NCBI GenBank assembly: GCA_965205485.1 | Contig: OZ242180.1 | Span: forward strand, 768,001-832,000 | Source: Candidatus Latescibacterota bacterium | GTDB lineage: Bacteria; Latescibacterota; UBA2968; GCA-2709665 | Direction: 5' to 3' | DNA length: 64,000 nucleotides | In this document: piece by piece, positions 39,112 through 49,334 of the stretch | Layout: each line of letters opens with the position of its first letter | How positions within the stretch are numbered: the stretch's first letter is position 1 | Notes under the pieces: generated by a model | Database searches by the model: none | What the model saw: the letters and a program-made list of their open reading frames with translations, nothing else | What the model was told of the DNA's origin: nothing | Program-made: the position numbers and the translations under genes

Positions 39112-40038
39112 TCACGAGGCCAACACCATCTTCAGCAGCGCCATCCGAATGTACAGGCCGTTGTGCGCCTGCCGGAAATATGCCGCGCGGGGGTCCGTGT
39201 CCACAACCGGGTCGATCTCGTCCACGCGTGGCAGGGGGTGCATCACACGGCCGTCCTCTGACAGCGCCTCCATTACTTTCGTATCGATGACGTATCGGCC
39301 TCTGGCCGCTTCGTAGTCCACCGTGCGGTCGCCGAACCGTTCCCGCTGGATCCGTGTCTGGTAGACCACGTCGACCTTCTGTACGACCTCGATCAGATCT
39401 TCCCGTTCCTCGAAGTACACACCGTTCCGGACCAGGTATTCCTTGATGTCGGCCTTCATGCGCACCATCTCGGGCGCCACGAAATACAGCTTGACGTCGT
39501 CGTACCGGGTCAGCAGATAGGCCAGCGAACGCACCGTTCGGCCGTTGGCGAGGTCGCCCACCATCGCCACCGAAATACCGTCCAGCCGCCCGATTTCCTT
39601 CTGTATGGTATATACGTCGAGCAAAGCCTGCGTGGGATGCTGGCCGGGGCCGTCGCCGGCATTCAATACAGGCACCGACGCTACCTCTGCCGCGCGTTTT
39701 GCGGATCCCCCTTCGTAGTGCCGAAGGACGATCACGTCCGCGTATCCTTCCACAATGCGGATCGTGTCCTCAAGGGTCTCGCCTTTCGCCGCCGAGGAAA
39801 ACTCCCTGGCCGACTCCGTCGTGACCACGCTCCCCCCCAGACGAATCATTGCCGACTCGAAAGACAACCGGGTGCGGGTACTGGGTTCGTAAAACAGCGT
39901 GGCCATGATCCGGCGGTTGAGAATGCTGGACCCGTAGACGCTCACCACTTCCTCCATCTCCCTGGTCACCGCGAAAATCTCCGTCAGCAATTCCCGATTG
40001 AACTGCTGCGCCTCGACCACGTGGAACAGGCTGTCCAT
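39112..40038 (-). CDS. pyrB: Aspartate carbamoyltransferase (plant-type)
   Basis: FYEPSTRTRLSF, KGETLEDT, NAGDG..QHPTQ, TRIQ.ER, MHPLPR. Confidence 0.96.
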   Translation of the reverse strand: MDSLFHVVEAQQFNRELLTEIFAVTREMEEVVSVYGSSILNRRIMATLFYEPSTRTRLSFESAMIRLGGSVVTTESAREFSSAAKGETLEDTIRIVEGYADVIVLRHYEGGSAKRAAEVASVPVLNAGDGPGQHPTQALLDVYTIQKEIGRLDGISVAMVGDLANGRTVRSLAYLLTRYDDVKLYFVAPEMVRMKADIKEYLVRNGVYFEEREDLIEVVQKVDVVYQTRIQRERFGDRTVDYEAARGRYVIDTKVMEALSEDGRVMHPLPRVDEIDPVVDTDPRAAYFRQAHNGLYIRMALLKMVLAS

Positions 40039-40055
40039 CGAGTACCCTTTCTCAT

Positions 40056-40079
40056 AAAAAAAACTCCCCGTCAGGGGAG
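40056..40079 (-). terminator. Intrinsic terminator/attenuator upstream of pyrB
   Basis: Minus strand CTCCCC-TGAC-GGGGAG followed by T8, ending 17 nt before the pyrB ATG. Confidence 0.85.
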
Positions 40080-40145
40080 CTGAATGACAGCAGCCGGGGA
40101 GCCGGAAATCCGGGAAATTCGATTTCGTATAGAATAGATTCCCAT
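40071..40145 (-). other. Putative 24-aa leader peptide (pyrL-like)
   Basis: MGIYSIRNRISRISGSPAAVIQLP*; the stop lies in the terminator loop; sigma70-like TTGCAA-N17-TATATT at 40184-40156. Confidence 0.5.
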
Positions 40146-40314
40146 CTAAAGGGCAAATATAGTCCGGCCGCACGACGTTTGCAAGTGGAAATTTTCGGAG
40201 CGGATTCAGCGGGCAACGCATGCGATATGGCAAATGCCGCCAGCCCCGGAGAGTCGTTGCGGCGCGATAACCTGCGGGGAGGGCCTCCCACCTCGAGATT
40301 CTGCCAAAAATGGG

Positions 40315-40343
40315 TTGACCGGACACCGGAAGTCCGATATATT
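40315..40343 (+). promoter_or_regulatory. sigma70-type promoter for the glyA leader
   Basis: TTGACC-N17-TATATT. Confidence 0.65.
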
Positions 40344-40530
40344 GATGTGCCGCGCGGCACCACGCGACGGTGGGGCGGATAGACGCCGCAAACCACCGCC
40401 AAGTGGAGAAAGCCGAGTCTGAAAACGAGTCAGTCCCCGGGCTTGCCGTACTGTTTTCCCGCCCGGGTTTTATTGTGTCCGGTCGCCGCCGGACGCGGAC
40501 AGTCCATCAACCGCGTGTGGGAGACAGAGA

Positions 40531-42084
40531 ATGGTTCATGCAACACCTACAGCCGATATGAAACGCCCGGCATCGCCTCTTGCCAGGTATCTTTCCGATT
40601 CCGCCGCCAATGGCAATCCCGCGGATCCCGGGTTTGTGGCCTGCCTGGCGTCACTCGAACAGATCAACGCAGTCTCGCCCCAGGTGGCGGCATCCATCGT
40701 TTCCGAACTGGAAGACCAGCGCGGCAACCTGAAGATGATCGCCAGCGAGAACTACTGCTCGTTGGCCGTACAGCTCGCACAGGGCAATCTCTTCACCGAC
40801 AAGTATGCCGAAGGCGTGCCCGAACGCCGCTTCTACGCCGGCTGCGACAACGTGGACACCGTGGAAAAACATGCCGCGTCCCTGGCCCGAGACCTCTTCG
40901 GGGCGGACCATGCGTACGTACAACCGCACTCCGGGGCAGATGCAAACCTCGTGGCGTTCTGGGCGATTCTTTCCGCCCGCATTCAGGCGCCGTTCATGGA
41001 TCGAACGGGACACACCGATCCCTCGGCCCTTTCCGGCGACGACTGGCGGGAACTGAGAACCGCGCTGGGCAACCAGAAATTACTGGGTCTCGATTACTAC
41101 TCTGGCGGCCACCTCACCCACGGATACCGGCAAAACGTCTCTGCCAAGATGTTCCACGTAGAAACCTACGGTGTGGACCCGGAGACCAAACGCATCGATT
41201 ACGACCGGATCCGCAGCCAGGCCAAGGCGTTCAGACCCCTGATTCTGCTGGCCGGGTACAGCGCGTACACCCGCAAGATCAACTTTCGCATCTTCAGGGA
41301 AATCGCGGATGAGGTCGGCGCGGTCTTCATGGTGGACATGGCGCACTTTGCGGGCCTCGTTGCGGGCAAGGTCTTCACCGGCGACTACGATCCCGTGGCT
41401 CACGCCGACGTTGTGACAACCACGACCCACAAGACCCTTAGAGGACCGCGGGGCGGTATGGTCCTCTGCAAGGACGAATTCGCGGAACACGTGGACCGGG
41501 GGTGCCCGATGGTGCTGGGCGGTCCGTTACCCCACGCGATCGCGGCCAAGGCCGTCGCTTTTCAGGAGGCCGGCGCCGATGGGTTCAAAGACTACGCGCG
41601 CCGCATTGTGGAGAACGCTGCGGACCTGGCCGAAGCCTGCGTCGCAGAGGGGCTCGACGTACTCACAGGCGGCACGGACAACCACATGGCCCTTATCGAC
41701 GTGACACCGCTCGGTCTGACCGGCAGACAGGCGGAAGCCGCTCTCCGAAACGCCCGGATAACCCTCAACCGCAACGCCCTGCCCTTCGATACGAACGGCG
41801 CGTGGTATACAAGCGGCCTCCGTATCGGCACGCCGGCGCTCACGACGCTGGGCATGGGAGCGGAAGAAATGGGAAGAATCGCCGCCGTGTTGCGCATCGT
41901 ACTCGCCAATACCCGGCCGCTCCGGATCAAAAAAGGCCGGCAGGCCGGAAAGCCGAGCAAGGCGCGCTGCAGGACCCGGCCGGATGCGCTCAAGGAAGCC
42001 CGCGCTGCTGTAGCGGACCTGCTCCAACGTTTCCCCGCGTATCCCGAACTGGACCTCGAAATCCTCAAACAAGCTCTGAGATGA
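40531..42084 (+). CDS. glyA: Serine hydroxymethyltransferase (long type)
   Basis: [63 protein letters not shown]. Confidence 0.96.
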   Translation: MVHATPTADMKRPASPLARYLSDSAANGNPADPGFVACLASLEQINAVSPQVAASIVSELEDQRGNLKMIASENYCSLAVQLAQGNLFTDKYAEGVPERRFYAGCDNVDTVEKHAASLARDLFGADHAYVQPHSGADANLVAFWAILSARIQAPFMDRTGHTDPSALSGDDWRELRTALGNQKLLGLDYYSGGHLTHGYRQNVSAKMFHVETYGVDPETKRIDYDRIRSQAKAFRPLILLAGYSAYTRKINFRIFREIADEVGAVFMVDMAHFAGLVAGKVFTGDYDPVAHADVVTTTTHKTLRGPRGGMVLCKDEFAEHVDRGCPMVLGGPLPHAIAAKAVAFQEAGADGFKDYARRIVENAADLAEACVAEGLDVLTGGTDNHMALIDVTPLGLTGRQAEAALRNARITLNRNALPFDTNGAWYTSGLRIGTPALTTLGMGAEEMGRIAAVLRIVLANTRPLRIKKGRQAGKPSKARCRTRPDALKEARAAVADLLQRFPAYPELDLEILKQALR

Positions 42085-42147
42085 TGTCCCGGTGCGGGAC
42101 TTCGCGACCATTCCTGCGCCAGTCGATTCCGACCCGGCCTCCCGCGC

Positions 42148-43248
42148 TTAGAATACCGCTGCTTCCATCACCGCATCGTGAAACTCGGGGCGCAACCTCC
42201 GAATCCGCTCGTTCTCGCGGGTAGGATGCACCCTGTTGGTCAGAAGTACCACGCCGACGTCCCGTTCGGGGTCCACCCAGACGGACGTCCCCGTGAATCC
42301 GGTATGCCCGAAAGAACGGGCCGAAAAGTGCCGGCCCGCTGAACTCCCGGCCGCCGATACCGTATCCCACCCGAGCGCGCGCGTACTGCCGGGCGCCAAT
42401 CCCGCCCGCGACGTGAATCTGCGGATGGCAGCTTCGGAAAACACCCGGGTTCCCTCGCGTTTCCCCCCGTTCAGGATCACCCTCAGAAATCGACCCAGGT
42501 CCGCCGCCGTCCCGAAGAGTCCCGCGTGCGGGGCCACGCCGCCCATCGCCCAGGCGTTTCCATCGTGCACCTGGCCGTGAATCAGCCCCCTGCGTTGTTC
42601 GGCCTGAAACTCCGTCGGCGGAATCTTGGCCAATAGCTCGGGGCCCGGCAGAAACGTCGTCTCTTCCATCCCCGCCGGACCGAGGACGTACCCCCGAGCC
42701 AACTCCTCCAGCGGCGCCCCGCCCGCGCGCTCGACGGCCGCGCCCAGCAACAGAAAACTGAGATCGCTATAAATCGTCGTGGTCCCCGGCGGGTACGTGA
42801 GCGGCGTCCCGCACGCAGCCGAAAGGACCGCCTCCCTGCCCCTGCAGGTCTCGAAAAAACGCTGATGGGCCGGCAGTCCCGCGCAATGAGCCAGAAGATG
42901 CCTGATCGTAACGCGATCTTTGCCGTCCCCCTGGAACGACGGCACGTATCTGTCCACCCGCTCATCCAGGTTCAGCTGGGGTTCAAGCGCCATACAGATG
43001 GAGGTTGTCGCAACCACCTTCGTCAGCGACGCGAGATCGTATATGTCGTCCCGGCGGACTTTCGGTGAATCCGGCTCGTAGTTGTGCCGCCCCGCCGTCC
43101 AGCACGCGACCTCACCCGCGCCTCGCACCAGGATGCCTACCGCACCTGGCGTACACTTCGCCCGGACGTGACGTTCCAGGATCTCCTGGACGCGCCTCAG
43201 CCGCCGCGGATCCGGTCCATTCCTGCGGTCCGTTCGCTCCGATTGCAT
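42148..43248 (-). CDS. Serine hydrolase (beta-lactamase class C-like)
   Basis: ASLTK, LLAH.AGL, YSD, HAGLF, FGHTGFTGTS.W.DP, LLTNRVHP. Confidence 0.9.
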   Translation of the reverse strand: MQSERTDRRNGPDPRRLRRVQEILERHVRAKCTPGAVGILVRGAGEVACWTAGRHNYEPDSPKVRRDDIYDLASLTKVVATTSICMALEPQLNLDERVDRYVPSFQGDGKDRVTIRHLLAHCAGLPAHQRFFETCRGREAVLSAACGTPLTYPPGTTTIYSDLSFLLLGAAVERAGGAPLEELARGYVLGPAGMEETTFLPGPELLAKIPPTEFQAEQRRGLIHGQVHDGNAWAMGGVAPHAGLFGTAADLGRFLRVILNGGKREGTRVFSEAAIRRFTSRAGLAPGSTRALGWDTVSAAGSSAGRHFSARSFGHTGFTGTSVWVDPERDVGVVLLTNRVHPTRENERIRRLRPEFHDAVMEAAVF

Positions 43249-43476
43249 TTCGCCTGAATCCCTCAAGTACTCGCCGAATGTCGCCGTCGACGCCTGTTTT
43301 CCTGACGTCGATTCAAACCCAATCTCACCTTGACTTTCCCCTCGTTCTGCATATCTTCCGCGATGCGAGTTTCCGGGTTTGTCCCGGCGTTACGAGGCCG
43401 GCCACGGAACAGCAGGCCGCCGACAGTGCGTATTACAACGCTTCCGGTATGGCTTTCCACCTTCGGAGGGCATTCC

Positions 43477-43797
43477 ATGTCTGAAGTAACGAACTACGTC
43501 GTGTTCGTCACCGCCCCGAACGAAGCGGATGCCGCCAGGATCGGCCGCACACTTGTTGAAGAACGCCTGGCCGCGTGCGCCAATATCACTGGACAGATCC
43601 GATCCATATACCGCTGGCAGGATGCCATTGAAGACGATGCCGAATGCCTGATGATCCTCAAGACGTCACAGGCCAGCCTCGACGCGCTGATCGACCGGGC
43701 GAACGAATTGCATAGTTACGAGGTGCCGGAGATCATCGCGCTTCCCATCCACCAGGGTTTTCCGCCTTACCTGGACTGGATCGCCGAGAACGCCTGA
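43477..43797 (+). CDS. cutA: Divalent-cation tolerance protein CutA
   Basis: LVEERLAACANI, SIYRW, HSYEVPEII. Confidence 0.93.
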   Translation: MSEVTNYVVFVTAPNEADAARIGRTLVEERLAACANITGQIRSIYRWQDAIEDDAECLMILKTSQASLDALIDRANELHSYEVPEIIALPIHQGFPPYLDWIAENA

Positions 43798-43907
43798 TCC
43801 GCCTTCCCGATCCTGCCCGAGCAACCTCGAATCGTGTCCATCGGTCTCTTTGACAAAGCCAGCGCTTCGAGACCTGTATCGACATACGCCAGAAGGAAGG
43901 ACCTGCG

Positions 43908-44852
43908 GTGACCGGTCATCCTCAATATGCGGTCGGCATCGATCTCGGCGGGGGAAGCATCAAGGGCGCTCTTGTTACGGCCGACGGTCGAATCGAAGCC
44001 CAGGACCGCTGTCCGACCGACGTGGAAAGCGGCGAACGTGGCGTGGCGGACCGGATCGCGGCACTCTTCGAGTCCCTCCGCGACGGGCATGGCCTGTCGA
44101 ACGATGACATCGCGGGTGTCGGTATCGGTGTGCCGGGGGTAACGACATCGAAGGGCAACGTCATCATCGCGCCCAACCTCCACTGGCGCAACGTCCCGTT
44201 CAAGAGAATCCTCGAGGAGAGAATCCGGCTGCACGTTGAAATCGATAACGACGCCAGCGTCGCCGCCATGGGTGAAGCCCATCTTGGCGCGGGCCGGGGA
44301 CGCGAGTCCCTCTTTCTCATCACCCTGGGGACGGGCATTGGCGGCGGACTCGTCCTGGACGGCGACATTCACCACGGCGCCTCCTTCGCGGCGGGTGAAA
44401 TCGGCCATATGTGCATAGACCCCGACGGCCCCGATTGCGGATGCGGAAAAAAGGGATGCCTTGAAGTCTTCTCCTCCGGCCCCGCGATGGTCCGCTACGT
44501 TCGCCGGCGCCTTCCGAACGCGGCGTCCACCTCTCTCCCGGACACGGAATCCCTCTCACCGGAAACCATCTGTCTGGCCGCGAAAAACGGCGACAGCCTC
44601 GCCCGTGAAGCCGTCGCCCGCGTCGCCCGCTATCTGGGCATCGCCATAGCCAATATCATAAACGTCATCAGCCCCAACGTGATCGCCATCGGGGGCGGCA
44701 TCTCCGCGGCCGGCGGTGTTCTACTCGACCCCATCGCCGCCGCCGCCCGGGAGTACACCCTTGAAGGGATGTTCGATCACACCCGGATCCTGCCCGCCGA
44801 ACTGGGCAACGACGCCGGCGTCCTGGGCGCCTCGCGCCTGGTCCTGAAGTAA
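43908..44852 (+). CDS. ROK family sugar kinase (glucokinase-like)
   Basis: GIDLGG, GVPG, DNDA, TLGTGIGGG, GEIGH, CGCG..GCLE, LGNDAG..GA. Confidence 0.92.
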   Translation: MTGHPQYAVGIDLGGGSIKGALVTADGRIEAQDRCPTDVESGERGVADRIAALFESLRDGHGLSNDDIAGVGIGVPGVTTSKGNVIIAPNLHWRNVPFKRILEERIRLHVEIDNDASVAAMGEAHLGAGRGRESLFLITLGTGIGGGLVLDGDIHHGASFAAGEIGHMCIDPDGPDCGCGKKGCLEVFSSGPAMVRYVRRRLPNAASTSLPDTESLSPETICLAAKNGDSLAREAVARVARYLGIAIANIINVISPNVIAIGGGISAAGGVLLDPIAAAAREYTLEGMFDHTRILPAELGNDAGVLGASRLVLK

Positions 44853-44903
44853 CGCGCCGCGCCGACAGGGTTCAGATTCCCGATGGTTGACCCGACACCC
44901 CTC

Positions 44904-45770
44904 TTACGCCCACGCCAGATCTTCCAGCACGGATTTCAGATACGCGATGTCCTGCTGTGCGAACCACTCCCTGTCGCCCTGCCTCGGGGCTTCGATACAC
45001 AACGGACCGCTGAAGCCGGACCGCTTCAGCGCCAGCAGATACTCCCGGTGGTTGATGATCCCGTCGCCCAACCCAACGGCATTCCGTCCGTCTCCGGCGG
45101 GCATCGAGTTTTTCAGATGCACCATGAACAGCTTCTCTCCCAGCGTGGAAACGGTCTCGCCGATTGAAGGACAGGATGGGAAATACACCATGTTTCCATA
45201 GTCCAGGTTCGCACCGACGAACGGGGAGCCGATCATATCCAGAAGTTTCATTGTGGGCGCCGGCATGTCGTGAACATAGCCCATGTGGATCTCGAACGCG
45301 AGTCTGAATCCGATCTCCTCGGCGACTGCGCCGAGTTCCCTGAATCCTTCGGCCGCCCATGTGTAGTGATGGGCCGACGCGGCGCCGGACCCATGCAGAT
45401 GATGCGCCGACCCCGCATTGGGGTCCGAACTTCGAAGCGTCCCGGCCATGATATTGCAGACCGTGAGGTCCAGCCGTTCGCCCGCGAGTCGATAGAACCT
45501 GATCCCCTCCTCAACCTGCGCCCTGCGGATGCCGGCGTCTTCCTGCATCAGTTCCACCCCGGGTCCACCGAATAGCACGTGTTTCAATCCAGCGGCTTCC
45601 GCGGCCGAGGCGATCGTATCCAGGTATTGTTCCGGCGTCTCCTCTTCGCCCCTGCGATGACGGCGGAACTCGATCCCGTCGTACCCCCAGCCCACTGCCT
45701 TCCGGCACATCTCCGGGATCGTCTGACCCTGTTCACAGTAATTCACGTGCATGATGATCGGTAACGCCAT
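44904..45770 (-). CDS. Sugar phosphate isomerase/epimerase (AP endonuclease 2 TIM barrel)
   Basis: GYDGIE, AFEIH, NLDYGN, VHLKN, GDG.I, IEAP. Confidence 0.85.
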   Translation of the reverse strand: MALPIIMHVNYCEQGQTIPEMCRKAVGWGYDGIEFRRHRRGEEETPEQYLDTIASAAEAAGLKHVLFGGPGVELMQEDAGIRRAQVEEGIRFYRLAGERLDLTVCNIMAGTLRSSDPNAGSAHHLHGSGAASAHHYTWAAEGFRELGAVAEEIGFRLAFEIHMGYVHDMPAPTMKLLDMIGSPFVGANLDYGNMVYFPSCPSIGETVSTLGEKLFMVHLKNSMPAGDGRNAVGLGDGIINHREYLLALKRSGFSGPLCIEAPRQGDREWFAQQDIAYLKSVLEDLAWA

Positions 45771-45894
45771 TCAAACGCCCCTCCGTTAAAGAACTCCTCA
45801 CTAATGCATTTGCCTCACCCGCGGATCGTGGCTAAAATGCCAACGTACCCCGGGAATGTCAACCTCAACCACCAGTCATCCAGGAGACCTGTCA

Positions 45895-46221
45895 ATGGTC
45901 AGCTGGTTCTATCTTTTTCTTGCCATCGTTCTTGAGGTAGCAGGGACGACGTGCATGAAACTCTCGGATGGATTCACCCGTCTGTTGCCCTCATTCGGGG
46001 TCGCAGTTTTTTATCTGGCCTCCCTGGCGGGCCTTACGATGGCGCTCAAACAGATCCCGGTCAGCATTGCATACGCCGTATGGGCCGGTCTGGGAACGGC
46101 CATCATCAGCGTCATCGGTTTCTGGTACTTCAAGGAACCGGTCACCGCGGTCAAATTGCTTTCCATCGCGTTGATTGTCGGCGGCGTGACCGGCCTGCAT
46201 CTGTCCAACTCGTCGCACTGA
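45895..46221 (+). CDS. SMR family efflux transporter (EmrE/Qac-like)
   Basis: LAIVLEV.GT..MK.S.GF, SIAYAVW.GLG; four TM helices. Confidence 0.92.
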   Translation: MVSWFYLFLAIVLEVAGTTCMKLSDGFTRLLPSFGVAVFYLASLAGLTMALKQIPVSIAYAVWAGLGTAIISVIGFWYFKEPVTAVKLLSIALIVGGVTGLHLSNSSH

Positions 46222-46846
46222 TTGGCCGCCAAGGAAATCTGTCCGGGTCGGCACGCGGGTGAATCACAACTTTATACTATACAATCTCCCCCAACCCCGT
46301 AACGTCCCCTATTCTCTTGCCCATTTTCCAGAGGCGGTGAGACGGTAGAAGAAATGCGGGTAGAGGTAAGAAGGTAGAGGGTAGAGATTACCTGCCTTGT
46401 GAGGCTTCTTTTCGTGCCGGAGGCAAGGAGGAATAGATTAGCGGGCGAGGATATCTTCTACCGTCTTACGTCTCTTACGTCTCTCGTCTACCCGGTTTTC
46501 TCCCCCTCTCCCGTCTCACCCGGTGGCTGACGGGTGGACGGGTGGTTTGTTAGCTGACGGCTGAGAGCTAAGAGCTGTTTTTGCAGCTTATGATCGGCCG
46601 TATCCAGTTAACCTGTTGCCGGGACGGAATAAGCTGGCAATCGAAAAATCAGCGAAATGCGAAAAAATGAGTTGACAAACGATCTTGAAGCAATTAACTT
46701 TGTTTGCAGTGTTGTAAATGGAAGGACGTTGTTTCTGTCTCCTGTGCAGTCGAAAAAAACGATGCGGCAAGGATCAGAATTTCCGGTCCTTGCCTTTTTT
46801 AATTGCCTGCACATTCAGTTCAAGGTAGAAAGGTGGTGAATTAGCA

Positions 46847-47047
46847 GTGGCTGACGGTCGAGTTAAGTGGTTCAACGACGCCAAGGGCTTTGGTTTCATC
46901 GAGCAGGACGGCGGAGAAGACGTGTTCGTGCATTTTTCGGCAATCCAGGCTGAGGGTTTCAAGTCTCTGGCCGAGGGTGATGAGGTCGAATTCGACATCG
47001 TCGAGGGTCCCAAGGGGCTCCAGGCGGCGAATGTGACGAAACGATAA
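46847..47047 (+). CDS. Cold-shock protein (CspA family)
   Basis: [23 protein letters not shown] start; TTGACA-N17-TAACTT at 46672-46700 implies a long 5'UTR. Confidence 0.96.
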   Translation: MADGRVKWFNDAKGFGFIEQDGGEDVFVHFSAIQAEGFKSLAEGDEVEFDIVEGPKGLQAANVTKR

Positions 47048-47071
47048 GGTAAACGGAAATTTCGTACGTAC

Positions 47072-47104
47072 AAACGGACGCCGACGTGTCGGCGTCCGTT
47101 TTTT
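47072..47104 (+). terminator. Intrinsic terminator of the csp gene
   Basis: AAACGGACGCCGAC-GT-GTCGGCGTCCGTTTTTT. Confidence 0.88.
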
Positions 47105-47315
47105 GTTTAATAAAACGCAATACGGCCCAATCCACGCGAACAGCACGCGAAATGACATTTCGGGCTACCGGAAACGCTGCGACGCCCTGACGCAACTGCC
47201 GTAACGCGAACTGCCAGTTCGCCAAAAAAAACGCCCGATTACCAGGCGTCTCTGTCTACCTCGCACAAACTAACGGTTCGTGTTACGTTCGGAGATCCTC
47301 TCCAGCCGTCATTAT

Positions 47316-49052
47316 CTATTCAATCTTCAGGACCACGTCCAGTATTTCAGGCAGCCAGGTGGCGCGGGCAAGGTTGGATGCCGACTTGAGATTCAGAAGA
47401 GCTGCAAGGAGAGTCTTCTTCGCTTGCCCATCCTGACGAGCCGCGACCTGCGCCCTGGCAAGGTCCGTGCAGGTCCACGTGGTGATCCCCGCCGCAATCG
47501 TGCCGGTCAATTCCACACCGGCGGTTCCCAACGTCCTGCGGGAACCGGTGAGGTCGCCCGATTGGGCCTGCGCCCGCGCGATCTCAGCAAGCGCTCTGAT
47601 CCTCTTGTTCGCATCCCTGATGGACACGGCGGTTTCGATTGCCGCCGCGTATCGCCCGGCACGCGCCTGAGCGCTTGCGATTTCCATCAAAACGGCGTCC
47701 CGCCTCGATACCCGGTCGATCATTCCCGCATGGTGAAGGCTGCGACGGGTCTCGCCCGTCTGCGCCTGGCGCATCGCCACGTGATAGACCAGATTTCTCT
47801 TTGCCTCGATATCCCTGGGGTTTCTCGCCGCGGCGATTTCGAGCAGCGTCTCAAGCTGGTCCGCAGGTATATGATGGACCAGATCCTGCGCGAGATCGTC
47901 ATCGCCGGCCGACTTGATGCGTTGCCTGGCCATGTCAATGGACCGCCGCGCCCCTTCGGTATCTCCGGCCGCGTTCTGCGCCGACGCGACGTTGAACAGC
48001 CATTTCACCTGTGACGGCGACGTATCCTCGCTGACAAGCTGCCAGGCCCGGTCCAGGGTCTTCCGGGCGCCATTCGCGTCCTCGACCTTCATCTGGGCCC
48101 CGGCAATCTGGATGAGGACGAAAGGGTCGACGTCGGCCAGCGAAGCAATCGTCGCGCCGGCGCTGTAGATGTCCATCCCCTGCCCCCCGGCCTGCAGGGC
48201 TCTCTCCAGCGTCTTCCGGGCGCCCGATTCGTCGCCCGCTTCCGCCTGCGCCCAGGCGACCCTTCCGAGCGCGATAGCCCGTCGATATCCGTCGATGATG
48301 TTAGCGGCGTCCTCAACCGCCAGATCGAAGAAAGTCCCTGCGTCTTCAGTCTTGCCTTGCTGCGCCAGCGTCGACCCCACGCCGGCCAACGCATCGATCC
48401 GAACCTGGAAATCGCCAATTGACCTGGCCGTGGCGCGGGCGGAAGCCGTGTATCCAACTTTCGCCTGGGCAAGGGCGACCCTGTTCAGACTCCTCGCCCG
48501 GCGTTCGCCAGTTCCATTCGAGCGGGCAGCCGCGACGGCGATGCGGAAACTCTCCAGGGCAGCCCCAAGGTCCCCGTTCTTCGCCGATGTGGACGCCACG
48601 CCGACCAGTGCATCGATCCGCCCCGGAATGTCTACAATCGACCTGGCCGTGGCGCGGGCGGAATCGACGTCCCCGGCATCAGCCTGTACGGACGCGACGT
48701 TTCGCAACGCGCGCGCCCGCGCGTATCCGCTCTTTACCTTTCTGGCCGCCGCCGCCGCAAGATCGAAGTACTCCCTGGCTTCCCCTGCATTTCCTTCAAG
48801 GGCAAGCGCCGCCGCGCCTGCGGCAAACGCGCCGGCGCGTATTTCGAGTTCCCAATCGGATCTCGCGACGAACGCTCTTGCGGCCTGGAGCGTCAGCTGC
48901 GAGACGCAGTCCGGACTTGCCGACCGCCAGCACGTCTCGGCTGCTCCGTCGACGGCACTCCCAGCCTCCGCCGGCGAGGGATTAACGATGCCACTGACCA
49001 TCGCCAGCGCTGCGGCCAATGCGGCTGCGATGACCCTGGAATTCAGCTTCAT
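47316..49052 (-). CDS. Secreted TPR-like helical repeat protein
   Basis: Signal peptide ending AEA; repeated AL..VA.AQA.AGD...AR.TA.SI units. Confidence 0.85.
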   Translation of the reverse strand: MKLNSRVIAAALAAALAMVSGIVNPSPAEAGSAVDGAAETCWRSASPDCVSQLTLQAARAFVARSDWELEIRAGAFAAGAAALALEGNAGEAREYFDLAAAAARKVKSGYARARALRNVASVQADAGDVDSARATARSIVDIPGRIDALVGVASTSAKNGDLGAALESFRIAVAAARSNGTGERRARSLNRVALAQAKVGYTASARATARSIGDFQVRIDALAGVGSTLAQQGKTEDAGTFFDLAVEDAANIIDGYRRAIALGRVAWAQAEAGDESGARKTLERALQAGGQGMDIYSAGATIASLADVDPFVLIQIAGAQMKVEDANGARKTLDRAWQLVSEDTSPSQVKWLFNVASAQNAAGDTEGARRSIDMARQRIKSAGDDDLAQDLVHHIPADQLETLLEIAAARNPRDIEAKRNLVYHVAMRQAQTGETRRSLHHAGMIDRVSRRDAVLMEIASAQARAGRYAAAIETAVSIRDANKRIRALAEIARAQAQSGDLTGSRRTLGTAGVELTGTIAAGITTWTCTDLARAQVAARQDGQAKKTLLAALLNLKSASNLARATWLPEILDVVLKIE

Positions 49053-49112
49053 CGTGCCTCCTCTAACACACAAAGGCAGATCTCGCCGCATCATTGCACC
49101 CCGTCCGTCCGA

Positions 49113-49334
49113 TTAATCTCAATTCGAAAAAAGACAACAGTCAAATTGGCCACTAAAAGCACAAAAAATATAGACGGATCCGGTGCCAAACGGGGTTTCG
49201 AGGTCGTTCATGAGGACGATATTCTCGATCACGTCCAGCGACCTGCTGTATCCTGGTAATCCGCCGCTTAATCGCCTTTTTCAATTTGCATGTATTCGAT
49301 CTAACGTCCCTGAAACCATGCGAATCATGGTTAA
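49113..49334. mobile_element. TTAA-bounded MITE-like element, copy A
   Basis: Shares 27 identical bp (CTCAATTCGAAAAAAGACAACAGTCAA) and further blocks with 51672-51945; TTAA at both ends. Confidence 0.6.

Noticed and set aside
40080..40140. PyrR-binding attenuator
   Set aside because: No ARUCCNGNGAGGYU consensus found
40350..40480. T-box, glycine or ZTP riboswitch before glyA
   Set aside because: No UGGNACC T-box bulge, no GGAGA/CCGAAG/CAGG glycine aptamer set, no GACUG..GCCUGGGC ZTP pattern; kept only as an unassigned candidate
43330..43476. Structured leader or N-terminal extension of cutA
   Set aside because: Only short hairpins expected by chance at this GC content; there is a good RBS at ATG 43477
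45780..45894. Guanidine riboswitch upstream of the SMR gene
   Set aside because: No ykkC, twin ACGR-loop or guanidine-III pattern; the protein looks Qac-like rather than Gdx-like
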